DNA of 64,000 nt from Utricularia gibba. Its lineage: Eukaryota > Plantae > Magnoliophyta. A program made the position numbers and the translations under genes. Below are positions 39,501 to 53,452 of the stretch, one piece after another. The notes under the pieces were generated by a model. The model was given only the letters and a program-made list of their open reading frames with translations. It searched no databases and had not been told where the DNA came from. Numbering within the stretch: position 1 is the stretch's first letter; every line of letters begins with the position of its first letter. The DNA is taken from positions 1,364,001 to 1,428,000 of the forward strand of contig CM007992.1 of NCBI GenBank assembly GCA_002189035.1, given 5' to 3'.

Positions 39501-41356
39501 AAAGTCAAAAAATTAAAATCAAATTTAATTCACAAATAGATTTATTACCAATATAATAAAAATATTTCTTTTTCATCAAATATATATATTAATTAGCAAA
39601 CCTCACCTGATTTTTTTAATAATTATGGTGCACACTAAAATTTTTAATATATATATTTGAGGTATAGGTAATTAATAAATTTAAAAATTAAATTATTTAA
39701 GTGAGAGTTTTATTAAAATAAAATATTATTTTTAAAAAAATTATTTAGTATAATATTTTACTTTGTATCTATAAAATTATATTAATTAATTAATAATATG
39801 AATCATAATAAGTATTAAATAATTATATGATATTACAATCAATTTTATTTTGAAATTCACAATGGGAAAATAATTTTAATAATTAAAAAATATTTTAAAT
39901 GTGAATTGTAAATTAACCTAATTTGAAGAGAATTGAGCAAATTTAGTGGTATTAACATTTAAAACAAAAATATAGCACATATTTTTAAGGAGAACATATT
40001 CACAACTTATCTTTATTTAAGTTTGATTTTTTAATTTATATAAAATGAACTGTCGTTTATCACAATAAAAAATTAGAGTTCATTTAATAGGACATTTTAC
40101 TTTTTATCTATTTTAAAAAACATGTTTATATCATAATATTAAAGTATACAATAATATATTAAACTTTACAATTTTTATTAAAAATTGTAGTATAATTTAT
40201 ATTAATCATAAAATAGTTTTGCAATTTTAAAATTGATTCTATTCAAATAATCTTAAAACTAATTCAACTACACATGATATGAAACACAATTTTCAAACTG
40301 CATAATAGTCTTTAATTGTCCCACATCAAATTGGCTAATTTAAAAAATAATAATAATAATAATAACACACGGAGAGATTATCCTCGGCCATTCAAAAAGA
40401 AAAGGTAGAGATTTCCTAGGATGTTGGAAATCTTCGGAGTGGATGGGATGGTTGACACGTGGCTCCATAAGATTCGAGATCTATATGATCGCGATCACGT
40501 GGTGTGAGTGGGACCCGCAGATGCCACGGAATGCCCATACATGCATACCATGGCATCATGCACTCGATCAAGCAAGTGGAGAAGATCAACGGCGTGCAGG
40601 AGAACACGTAGAATATGCCAAATCAAAATGCGTCACTCTCAAAGATGCAAAGTTAGGAACCATTTGCGGTTGCTTTGCCCATTGGTCAACTTTCTTTTTC
40701 CCTTTTTTGGAATATAGTTGTTAACTCAAAAAGCTTCCTACAACTTTCTCTTTTCTACAAAAAAAAGAAAAAAAAGCTTTTGATGAATCAATTCCTTTAC
40801 ATCAATAATTGAAATCTATTTGATTTTTTTATAAATTTAAAAGTATTTTTTGATATTATTGTAGTAAAATAGAAGTGAGGATCTATAATTTATTAAAAAT
40901 AAAAAAATATTTTAAAATTTATGATCTTTCTATAACAAATTTATTTTAATAATTTTTTTCTATAAATAGAAATCCTCCTTTGTTAAATCTTTTTAGGATA
41001 AGCATGTTAGTTTTTTCATGTCATTTTACTATTGAAATCATTAATATTTTTCATATATTTTTTTGAATTTTTTAGAACACAAATCTTAAATTGTACCAAA
41101 ACATTATCTTCTCATAAAATAAAATTGGCACTAGTTTAATAAAATATAACTTGTCTAATACTAGATAGTGGTAGATTTATTTGTTTAATAAATAAATAAA
41201 CACATGAATATATAATGGTATAAAAAATCAATAAACGCCATGAAAAAGGAAAAAATACAAAATAGGATTCCAAGTCGGAAAACTTTGGAGGGAAATCGAT
41301 TTAGCCGATACCAACACTAAATCGAAAACCTAAGCAGATGAAAAGGGGACTACATG

Positions 41357-41777
41357 TAGAGCTGGGTACGGGTCAGACTCGTACGAGTACGAGTCCGACC
41401 TGCTGGATCAAAAATTAAGTGGCTGACTCGGCGGGTCAAACTCGTGCGGGTAAAGTGCTTGACTCGACTCGTACCCGGGTTGAAGTTTCCTTGGGCTCGT
41501 CGATCCTTCACTTAACTCCCAATCCTGGATAATATTTAAGTTGGTGACATAGAGCCCTAAACCCTAAACCAATGATTCCCATCCAACAGTGGATGTCACA
41601 CGATGGACAATCAAGGAGAAGTAAATGGGTACACTGGTACGGGTTAATGGGTCAACCCGTACCCGTCTATCTCGACTCACACCGTACCCGTCTAGTGACG
41701 GGTACGAGTCACGTATTGACTCGTTACGAGTCAACCCGCGGGTCGGACGGGTTGACCCGGACTCGTACCCAGCTCTA
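41357..41777. mobile_element. hAT-superfamily MITE, 421 bp
   Basis: 14-bp perfect TIRs TAGAGCTGGGTACG / CGTACCCAGCTCTA and a perfect 8-bp TSD ACTACATG (41349-41356, 41778-41785). Many GTACCCG/GACTCG subterminal repeats, no coding capacity, and two CCCTAAA units at 41555-41570. Confidence 0.95.
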
Positions 41778-42914
41778 ACTACATGAATCGGTCATGGGGT
41801 GCAAATCAACTGCTGAAATGGAATAGAAACAATAAATCAATCTACAAACAATAAATTGGGCACGAGTATAAATCAATCTAAGATAATCGATAAAGTAAAC
41901 ATACACATGAAGAAGACAGAAAAATGATAGCATTAGGCCCCAACCATTATAAGACAATCCGAAAAGCAACTGATTTATAGGAATTCAGGGACAGCCAATG
42001 ATTATTAGTAGTATCATATATGAGATCAAACATATTTTACCATATGTAGAAAATAGCTAACTCATTTTGAGAATCAATTGGACTGAGTTCTTCTATAAAT
42101 AGGAGACATGACTTGCAGAATGACTTTCTAGATTTTACGACCATTATTTTTTTTAATTATTTGTAGATACTTAATGAAATTCATTTTTTTGGTGAGTTTT
42201 TTTTCAGTTTTGTAGTTTACCGTCATGATGATTTTCACGTAAAAATCTTAATGTTTTTGTATATATTTTTACACTAACCAAATACTGGAGTCATAAATCG
42301 TTAATACAAAACCCAACAATATAATCAATTTATCTTAATAAATTTATCTTAATAAATTGATTCCTTTCCTTTAACCGATATTTTAACCACAACAATATAT
42401 TTTATAAAAATATAATTTAAATAATGATTATTATTTATCAAATGTTTAATAGAAAATTTTCTAATTAATTTATATAAAATTTATCAAAATAGCGTATCAT
42501 TAAATTGTTTTTTTATTAATGGTTGAACATAATTTTACCAAAATAATTATTCAAAATTTGTCTCAATAACTTTTCCCGAATTCGAAAGAATTTATCTAAA
42601 ATACTGAAAATGAACAAATAAAAAAAGAAATATAAATTACATTGGAAAAAACTTTTATATAATAAATATTATCTTTTTATAGTATAAAATTAATTAAATC
42701 CATCTAATATATTTTTTTCACATGAATAAAATTATATTACTATATAATGTTAATATCAATTTTAATAATATATGTTATTAAACACAAAATAACTTTTCAT
42801 ATCCTAACAAATACAGGGATTTGTGGTGAAGTCTGATGTGTCACTATAATGAATGTCCCAGTAGAGAACTCAGTGTAAAGGACCCATTGGCCAACAACAA
42901 GACCAAGAAATCGC

Positions 42915-44655
42915 CTATTCGCCTACACCAGCAGTTGCATCATATCCATTTGCTGCCCTGATCAGCAGCGCAGTTATACACCAGAAGAACAACAAGCACC
43001 GCATCAGACAGCATTGTCTCTGTGAACTCTCACTCACCTGCTGTCCTTGTGAAACAGGGCAAGGAATGAAGGGTCTTGAGGGCTCAGGCGGAAGAGTTGC
43101 ACCACGATGTAGACGCACGTGAAGGCGCTGAAAAGGAGACTTCACGTGTTAGAGAGATGGCCATGGAGGGAATGCAGGGGTAGAGACTGACCTTCCGAGG
43201 CAGATCAGGGAAAGGATCCAAAGTGTAGCAGTGATCCAATTTGACTCTTTGTAGGCAAACCAAACCTGATCCCAGAGAATGACATGGTAAACAAGGGTGA
43301 TGAAGATGGTATTTGGAAACACTACAAATATCTGGGGTGTTGAGAGATACCGATAATGCGAAGACGACGACATAGAAATCAACAAGTGTTGCTGACATCC
43401 ACCTAGTAAGGTGCCATTTGAATGTCAGCCAGGGCATGAATATAAGAAACTATTTTGGAAAACTAGGCTGATATCTGTTGTCTTGTAATGAGGAGAGCTT
43501 ACGGAGTCAGAACATCTTGGCGAAATGGAGATCCATCTGTGGATGTAGTGTAAATCAGAGTGCCAAGCATAAAGAGCCCCAAGAGGATGAAAAGAATCCT
43601 TGCACTTTGAACAGATAGTAGGCCCTTGGGCTCAGCTTCATCCCTTTAAAGGTGAATGATTTGATGTGAAGAGGCAAAGAGTGCAACCACAGATAGGGGA
43701 ACAAGGGTGAGAATAGTACAGGACTCATGGTGAATACCTACTTTTTCTTACGTCTCGCCAGCACAAAGTAAATGGGATCATGCTGAGATTCCTGAGTGGA
43801 CAGCTCCAGAAACCGTAGAAAAATATATGCACATGAAGCAATGCTGCAAATGACGAAAAATGCTAATTTCCATGTAATAAACTGTCAAAATCCAAGCATA
43901 TCTCTCTGGAAAAATTTAGCTATCCCATAAAAAGAGTCAAAGATGCCAAAACCAATGCTTAGAACAAGTGGAATGAAATTAAGAGGACGGAGAACAAACC
44001 TTCGGAAAGACACAAGCAAAACTATCCAGATCAATGACAGAATAAAGTTAGATTCTCTGTACACAATCCAAGCCTGTAAACAAATGACAAACATTATACT
44101 TCCAGATGATTATATGCACAAGATCAACGATTAAATAAAGATTCATGTTTTTTTAACCTGACATGGATGTTTATATACAGCATGACAATTTCTAACCTTA
44201 CATAGATTCCACGGTAGTGATCCAACTTAATGAAATCAATCCATGTTAGGACAGCAGACTTCAATACGCATGGTGCGCAAAAAAGAAAAACAAAAAACTT
44301 TCATAATGCAGGCGATATGGCAAAATTACATACCCCTATAGGAAGAACATTGATATAGAGATCAATCAAGGTTGCGACCACCCATCTGCACAAGAAAATT
44401 TTAAAAACTAGTAAAACAAGGGTCTCTGCTCAACCAATCTAAACGCCCATAACACATCAAACCCACGTCCCAATTAACCATAACGAACTTGAATACATGT
44501 ACTAGAAAGAACCGAAGTGAGAAAGCGTACGGCGTGAAGACATCTCTTCGGAAAGGGAGGCCGTCAGTTACACTCGTGTAAATAACGGTAGCTGCAAACG
44601 CAAAACCCAATACCAAGAACGCCGTTCTCAGAGCAACAGCAAGCGTTGCCGCCAT
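42915..44655 (-). CDS. DUF1475 membrane protein with two internal repeats, multi-exon
   Basis: Two homologous units: (TVIYTSVTDGLPFRRDVFTP|WVVATLIDLY|AWIVYRESN) and (TLIYTTSTDGSPFRQDVLTP|WMSATLVDFY|VWFAYKESN), with GT-AG introns. Confidence 0.88.
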
Positions 44656-45745
44656 TGATCAAGTCCTTCTGAAGCAGCAAAGAAACGAATCGCCATTTGT
44701 AGACATTTCGGGAAGGCAACTCAACGAATGCGCGATGGCCTTTTAGCCACGTCACCAGATGACCTCTAATTTTAAACGGTCTTCCGGAACTGGACACGTA
44801 AAAAAAAAAGTTTTTTTACTCGATTTAAAACAAAAATCAATAATTAAGCAATTAAAATACAGTTTACTTGATAATTTAATTAATAATATTTTAAATTATT
44901 TATGTTTAAATAAACTTAGGATTAAAATAATATTATATTTAGTAATATATTTAAAAAAATGAAAAAATTAAACTATAAATTTTATTCAATTAGTCTTTAT
45001 TTAAGAAAATAGTTTTAAAAACATGATTAAATTAATTGTAAGTACAAGAACCTAATAACGTTATCTTACATTAGTTATGTATAAGAGAGATTATGTATTT
45101 AAATAAAAGGATCTTCTTAATTTTTCACGAGATCTTTTACTCAAAAAATGAAAACGTATAACTGTGAGAATTGAATGTACGAAACAAATAATATTCTAAA
45201 AGATAAGAATGACTCATGATATTTGATATCAAATTTAAACTTGAATTCATATCAATGGTGGAATAAGATGATACTCAATAAAAAAACTAAAGAGGGATAA
45301 AAGGTAAAGTTAATGACTTAAGTTGGAATACCTTACATTTATTATGAATGATGAAGGTAACGATTTATTACGAATGAGGAAATTAACGTGTTTAAATATA
45401 AGTATACTTTTAATGTTATATGAAGTATTTTTCTTTGAAAAGAAAAAAAAACATAAAATTATAAAAGTTGATAAATCAAAACAAATAATATCATATAAGT
45501 ATAAGATAAATCATTACATTAATACTATTGTAAAATATATCTACTAAAGAAATACACTTTCCTATACACAATAAATATTTGTTTCAATTAAATTAATTAG
45601 TCTATTAACTTTAATCAAAGGGTTAGACCGTTTGAATTGGCAACCGCTTTGAAGACGGTCAAGAAAAAAGGCAGTAGCATGGCACTTGGTAGATACCACG
45701 ATACACTAATAAACACCTTCTCAGAAAGAAACAAACTCCGATGCC

Positions 45746-47982
45746 TCACCTTCCTGATGATCTAGCGCTCATGGAGGAATGGTAGTTTGTGCTTCTCTGT
45801 TTCCTGTAGGAAGAGTAGACATCACCATATCGGCTCGGTTCGTTCCGGTCGGCATTGGCACCGAGCCCTGCTCGGCTCGAACCGGATGCAGTGCCATCAG
45901 CAGGAGTCCCTGTTTCTGAATCCGCATTGTTCAGGTTGGGAGGAGGAGGGATGCAGGCGCCTCCCTTACGGACAGGAGACACTCTCTCGTATCCGTAGTC
46001 ATCATCATCGTCTTTAAGGGCCCTTCAGATGGATTCACCTCTCCAATGTCTCTGAAGAACTTTGACACTCTCTCCAGGACTTCTGATGGGGATGCATTTG
46101 ATGGTGGAATGGTGGCTGGTATGTCGAGGGGGCTTATGGGAGAATACGGCACTCCACTGCCTATCTGCACCTTTCGCACCATGCCTGGGATAAGACCTGG
46201 TGGGAACAATGGATAGGGAGGCAGCTTTTCGGTTGTCTTCCCGGGAGTTGGTGCCAAGGTGGGATTTGGCTGAGCCACAACAGATGGTTGTGCAGCCACT
46301 GGTGGTGCAACAAATGCACCTGAAGGGACTGAGGGTGGAAGAAATTGCTGGGGCGGAAAAGATGGCAATGGAGCAACTTGTTTATCTGCATGATCCGGTA
46401 TTTTTGGCAACACACCAGGTTGCCATTGTAGCGAACTGCGATTAGGCGGCAACGGAGATACTCCTGTTGAACAAATACTAGTAAGACTGAAGCAGTTAGA
46501 TAGTTTTATCTGAAAAGGAAGCATAAACAGAATAGAAATTTAAAAGCATTCCAATGATAGTGGCTGGCTGAAGCGAGAACCTGGAGTAGAGGATTGATCC
46601 CTGCTAATGGAAGGTGAGGCACCAACGGAACCAGGTAAAGGACCTGGAGGCAGCCCATTTTTCATTTCAGTATCAAGTGCAAGGATAGTATCTTGATCAT
46701 ACACTTCCTTTGAGGCCCAAAATTGTAAGATCTTCTGAAGGCGTGACTGATTTTCCTCCTTGTTTTGCGGATTGTTGAACACCCTGGCCAACATAGAACC
46801 CAGAACTGGCCGAAATGCAAGTGCTTCATTATCTATTTCTTGAGAGTTGGCACGCCTCTGCAAGCTGCATGTTTCAAACATTGACAAGTGAATTTGTGCT
46901 TAAGAGAATATCTCAAAGGACTGTAACTCTCGCATAATGACCGACAACAGAGTAATCTACAATATGAAGCCAGGAGCTTGAAAAAAGAGATAGAGATAGC
47001 AAGAGACGTAACCTGTCAAACAAAATATCATTGGCCAGGTAAACTATATGGAGCTGTCTCTCTGAATCATCTAGAGAGAACACTCTATCACGAAGTGCCT
47101 CGGCAAGAATAGCTCCATAAGCCGCCCTCTGCATAAACCAAGTCTTTGCACTTTTGATTGACTCCTTTGTTCCGGTGAGGTTGTTCAGAACCCCATTCAA
47201 TTCAACCTCAACATCAGGAGGAAGCGATCTTGGGCCTTTAAAAGACCTAGAAGCTGGATCGAACTCAGGGTGGCTGAGACTGACCAAAGGTGGAGCCTGA
47301 TGAACAGGTTGCTGTTCATAGAATGGTGGAAATGGAGGTTGTTGTAGATGTGAAGAAGCAATCACTGAAGCTGAAGCCACAGCAGCAGCATTTGGGGTAC
47401 TAATAGATACCCCTGGATTCATCATGGCATTGGGAGGCTGCATCACAGCCATGGAGGAGGGGAAGGCAGGATTAAAGGGAGCAAAAGGGGACGCCTAGAA
47501 ATATAAAGCTTATAGTGGTAGTAGTTATGGCCTTCGCCACCAAAAAGGAAACTGTAAGCAGGATTATCCTTCTCTCTCTCACGAACGACATCTTCAAACT
47601 CGGGACCATTCTTGATGGCATACTCAACCAATTTATCAATTCGTTTTTGAAGCTCCGGATCAGACGGAGGCAAAACAGCAGGAGGAGCTGAACCATGGAA
47701 TGGCGCTGGAACAAGATGCGGAGGCACATGGGCAGGGTATGAAGGCGGCGATTGCTGATGAAGATGAGGAGGTGGAGGTAAATGAGGATAAAGCTGGCTT
47801 TGTTGCAACGGGCGAGGAAACGGAAACTGCTGAAGTGAAGGATGCGGTGGGATAAAGGGAGGACCGTGAACAGATGGGGCAAACTGTTGATGCTGCGGAT
47901 GAAATGCATACTGCTGTGCTTGCTGCTGCTGTTGTTGCCCGTAGGCCATGGGAGCGCCATACTCATGAGGCTGCCGATCCAT
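45746..47982 (-). CDS. SWAP/Surp + CID(RPR) domain RNA-processing protein (CHERP-like); two apparent -1 frameshifts
   Basis: Q/P-rich N-terminus, Surp ([38 protein letters not shown]), CID ([38 protein letters not shown]), C-terminal [34 protein letters not shown]. Frame breaks occur at 47487-47490 and ~46018-46020. Confidence 0.9.
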
Positions 47983-49128
47983 TCCTACGTCAGCAGAATC
48001 AAACCTCTGCATATAGCAACACGAAACACAGAGAAATCAATCAACACCCAATTAAATTCATGGAGTAAAACCCCAAAACACTCTCATCCTTTCTCTCTCG
48101 CTAATCCCCAACACTATCATCATCCCTTCAAACAATTCTGCTTCAATGAATCGAAAACCCTAGAAATTTGCTTCAACCAGCATAACTCTTCCTAAACTAA
48201 CATCCCTTTCCATCAATACCACTACATGCAATTCATATTTGGGAACACAGAAATTCAAACTGAGCTACAGAAAAAAAACAATCAAGCCTACTCGGTAATG
48301 CACGCGCCACCACGTACCAGGAACCGAATGAAAAGCTCGACCAATGCATCTCAATTTTCTGGAATTTCAGCAGAGAGCAAATTAGCACTGGGCCTAAGGT
48401 CCATGGAGGGTTGTAGTTATGGGCCTACGGCCCACACTATTTTCAGATAAAGAAATGCATTTTAGATCATTTTGATACAACAACAAATTCAATATTTAAA
48501 AAATCACAATTGAACAGCAGCAGTTGAATCATTCGGAGGCACAAACCATTGTGATAAGGTTGAATTAAATTTGCATTTCTCTAAAATAAAAAAATGAATT
48601 ACGATTCAATCAGTATTAGATTATGAACGGTTAGTAATAATAATTAGATTAAATTCATATTCTTTTAAAATAGAAAAAAATTACAATCTAATTATAATTC
48701 AATTACGATTGATCCATGATTTATGATCTATTTTTTAAAATTACAACTTTGTTTTTTTATTTAAAAAGCATACAGTTAAATTGTGATTAAAACACTTAAA
48801 TCGTGAATACGATTGATTGTTTATTTAATCATTTAAAATATTGAACAAATTCATACCTCTGACTTGTGTAAAATTGACTTAAAAGATGTTTGTTAATGTA
48901 ATTAAATGTAAATTTATTAAGATTTAATTTAACTCACATTAACTGTCATTGATTTTTAGTATTCTATTTATAAAATTATATCAATTAACGAAAAAAATTA
49001 TTTTATGTTAAATTTAAAAATATAAAACCAGATAGGATTAGAAGAGGTTTAGAATATGAATGAACGCTGACAAGGCTGCAACACCAGAAGAGCGCCTTGA
49101 TCTCCGGGGAAGCCTTGTTCCATTTCGT

Positions 49129-50624
49129 TCAGCTCTGTGGGAGTCGCATTTCGATGATTTCGGAGGGTGGCCGGAGGTTACAAACCATCTCTTTTGTCTT
49201 CCCGAAGTAGACCTGGAAGTGAAAGCACGCGCCGGTGGCAACAATGAGAGAATAAAAGGGAAGCATGATCGGAGGGAGGTACACAGACCTGGTCCAGTGA
49301 ATTCCTCAGCTTGCTCTCCATTTCCTCTATCATCTTTCCCATGTTACACAAGTGTCCCTCTGAAATGGAGAGCTCCATGCTCATCTATGGAGGGAGGGAT
49401 GTGAGAACTTGAGATCATACAGCTCAAACTCAAAGAAGGAGTGTTCTCTTGTGTTGTTACCTGTCGTCTAATTGATCCAGATAACTTGAAGGATCCTGAA
49501 GAATCATCGCTGGTGGTCAGTGAAAGCATTACGGAGCTCGTTAAACAATACTGAGCAGTGCCTTCTTCTGGTGTCACCTAGATGCATGCAACACGGATGG
49601 AGATCATGGTTGATAAAATTGTCTGCCTGATTTGCTGATGTCTAAAATAAGGATGTTTGTTGGCCTGGTGATAGAGATAATGTACCTGAATTACGTGTAT
49701 GGCATCCCAAGACCCCTCCTGTAAATAACCTCTTTTACCGTCAGCAGTTTTTGAGCCATCTTCAAAAAAAAAAAAAAAAAAAAAGAAAGGAAATTAAACA
49801 ACAGAGACAAGAGAAGGGCATGCCATGACATGATTAGTGTGGAGAAATGATCACCTTTCTTGATTAAGAAACAAGCTACGAACCCTTCATTTTCATCCTC
49901 CCACACATATACAGATGATATACCGCCTTCATAATACCTGCAGATGATTGCTCAACGTGATAACTGGAATGCCATAAGAAAATGAGGAGTAAAAGGGCGA
50001 ATTTGGGGCCTAACTGGTCACGGTAGACTGAAAATACTTCATTTGCTTCAACTTCAAGCTTCCTCAACTCTGGAGATGGATATGGTGCATCATCTAAAGG
50101 GGGGTAGTAGTTATTTGACCATGGAGACCTTCACTTCAGTAAACCAACCTTCTGTTAGTTATTCCCCGAAATAATAGGTGAAATCATGGTGTTGAGGGCC
50201 ATGGGACGCTCCTCAAAAATCCAGCAGAAACAAATGCATACCGGTATGAATCAGCATCCCTGTTGTACTCACATAATATGAACTCTTTCTCACTTTCTGA
50301 GTCGTACAGAACCTGAGAAACAATGGTATAATCATATCAAATACCAGGGATTATATACACATTTGAAAGAAATGGAACAGATGTGACAAATGCATTAAAA
50401 TTGTGCTTTCCATCTTGACCCTCTTTCATGCAAACTCCGAACAAAGGACCTCCAAAAACACAAAAAAGCGAATGGGATAAACAAGAGGAATATACCTGAA
50501 GAGGCTGGTCGACTTGCGAGAGAAGATCTGATGCGTGGTGCGGCAAGAGGCTCAAAAGAGCAGACAAAGCTGTTTCTGTATGCTTGGGTGGCATTCTTCT
50601 CATCAAACCCATTGCCGCATCCAT
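49129..50624 (-). CDS. CPB: F-actin capping protein beta subunit, multi-exon
   Basis: [98 protein letters not shown]. Confidence 0.96.
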
Positions 50625-53452
50625 TTTCTATTATCCACTCCACCGAAAAATGAAAACCAGGTGTAAAGACTGTATTCACACGCTTCTACGTCATCATTCT
50701 TGCGCAGAATCTCCTCATCTGCAATGCAATTCACAGAACTCAGTTAAGTGTAAATCGCAGAATCAAGAAAGAGACCTAGGAACAAAAAATCAGTCAGACA
50801 GCTTCTAATTTGACTTCACACACACGAGAGCTGTTCGCAACGAGCTAAAAAATGGGCAGCAACAGAACGGTCTGGGTAAAATAAGAAACACAGGGCAAAA
50901 GCCTCGGCATCCGAGCTGTACCCAAAGACTTGATAAAGGAACCCGAATTGCACCACGATAACTCAACTCAACCACAGCATTACTTGCAACCACTCAAATT
51001 CAAGGAAAGAAAAGCTTCCCACTTTATGGCTGATCCCCCAACGCTATCATCAATTATGATTAAAACAATCCAATGCCGTTTGGAGATAGCTTCGATCCAT
51101 CCCACTTCACTTGATCTGCCCAAACACGATACAACTTGCAAAAAGAGAAAATCAAACCTGGACGTTCGTTCTCGAGAACAGAGGAACCACGTACCCGCGA
51201 CAGCTCGAATATCTTGACCAGCAGACGTTGATTTTGCGAATTTCAATGAGGAAGTGTTCGGCCCGTCGAAGAGGAGGACCGCCGCCGCTAAACCAATTGG
51301 GCTCACACATTGGGCCGGCCATAAATGACGTATGCTTTGTATTTTCATTTACAAGCACGAGCCCATTTACAATACATTTTTCATCATTTTTTTGAATTAA
51401 AATAACATCAATTTTAAAAAAAATCGAAACATTGAATAGAGATAATAAAGTGAGATTATAATTGGGACAAACTATACACATATATGAACATGGGCAGTAT
51501 ACTTTGTGGGCAATTGGACAAACATATAAATTTGGTGTAATATATTGCGATATATGTTATTTTTATTTTATTTTTGTGATTAGTATGTTTATTATTATAT
51601 TATGGTTTTTAATTAACTTTTCATACTATTAATGCTTAATTCCAATAAAAAATGGTAAATGAATAAATAAAATGTCAATTAAGAAAAATCAAAGGCGCTT
51701 TCAGTAAAACAATTTTACTCAATAAAATATTAAAAAATTATTGAAGCTATAATAACCTCAATAACAAGTTTTTACTTAAATTTTAAGAACATGTATGTTG
51801 GTTTTCGAATGATGTATATAATTTTTTATTCAATTTTATATCCCATATCATTATCTTTTTTATATATATTTATATTCTGAATTTTTATTTTTCTAATGTT
51901 TGTATTTATTTTTATTTCATAATAAATTATATAAATATTTAAATACAAAAAATATTATTATTTAAAAACAAAAAAATATTTTTAAAAATAAATAAATAAG
52001 TATATAAATATATAATAAACTTTTAAAAAAATAAATTTATTCTACATATGTTTGATCAAGTCCGCTATCAATTATGTGTACAATCTTATTATTGGATTCT
52101 ACAACTTGGCAAGATATGATTCAAAAGGATGAATATTGTGTTCTAATATATTAATTAATTGTTGTGTTAACTGATATGGTCTATAAGATCTGATTGAATA
52201 TCATAGTCTTCATCTTTAATAATCATTTTATATAAGATTATAGTAATATACATAATATTGACTAGGGTCCAATAGTTTAATACATAAGCAAATGAATTCC
52301 AAACCTTGTTTTTAATAATCTAAAAACTTGTTCTATATTTTTTTTATTGCATTCTCTTGTCTTGTAGAATGAGATTTATTTTAAGAGTATGTGGAAGAGT
52401 AATAGTTTTCATAAAAATTATCTATGCAAAACAAATAATATCGAATATCATATCTTTTTCCCATTGATTAAGAATTCCATTAAATGATAACTCTTAATGC
52501 GAGTTGTCAAAAAATGTTGAATGAGACAAACATATTGATATCAATATTTGAATTTGAAATACATAAGAAAAAATATTATATTCATATATTATTTGAAATA
52601 ATTATTTATAATATGATAGCATACGATCAATGTATACGAGTATATTGTTCTTTACTTATGGGATGATTTTATAGGACAAGTTTCTTATTAATAGTATTCA
52701 TTGTTGAAAATGATCTTATTCTTTATTTGAAGGAATTTTTAGAGGGTTTATTTTTAATTTACAAGAATTATAAAGGATTAAATTAATTTTTACTTACACC
52801 CTAAAAAATATACACGACAAAAAGAGGGATTTGGATAAAAAAGAAGATAACAGTGGGAGTGGATTGCTGTTATGGCGGTCAAATTTCTCTCGCTGCGGTT
52901 GCTGCAGAACTGTAGAACTGCGAGCGACAGAAGTAACATTTGTCCAGAGGCTTGCAGCTGAATGTATAGGGTAAGAGAATCCCACTTTGACCGAGGAGGT
53001 CATTGATGAATCCTTCATGTTTATCTTTCATCTCGGTTATGTAATGTATTTATTGCTCACCCCTTGAAGTCTTCAGCAGATGCTCCCCCTCCCTCTGACT
53101 CTTTGATTCCTACAATTTCCCTGTTTCTTTTTTGATTTTCCACCATGCACTTTTTTCATGATTCAAAATCTTTGTCGCGACGTCTGGTACAATCTTCTTG
53201 AAACACGAAACTTTGGTTGTTTTGTTGCGGCAGCCTTTCAGTTTCTGGGTTCTTGACGGTGTTTGGCGCTGTACATACCGATCTGAGGAGTCTCTTATTG
53301 TGTTTTTGGGTTCTGGCCAACTCTTAATCAGGGTTTTGATTTTTCTGGTCTGGGGGACCTTTGTATAGAAGTCCTGTCTGACTTAATTGAACTTGACTAC
53401 TTCGTCGGGATTTAGTCTCGTGGAGGTGCTATTGGCTTTGCGGTTTCAAACT

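Noticed and set aside
41790-42270. Possible decayed LTR (CTATAAATAGG TATA-like motif) hosting the hAT MITE
   Set aside because: No TG..CA termini, TSD or PBS could be located.
9155-47490. Programmed -1 ribosomal frameshifting shared by several host genes
   Set aside because: No common slippery heptamer or downstream structure is visible. The genes are unrelated and all sites are short G/C runs, so consensus error is the simpler explanation.
18954-52666. Short ORF-track calls in AT-rich spacers (e.g. 18954-19145, 21572-21754, 24334-24585, 44759-44962, 45323-45547, 52484-52666) and antisense ORFs over exons
   Set aside because: They are I/K/N/F-biased low-complexity translations or shadows of real exons, with no motifs or splice support.
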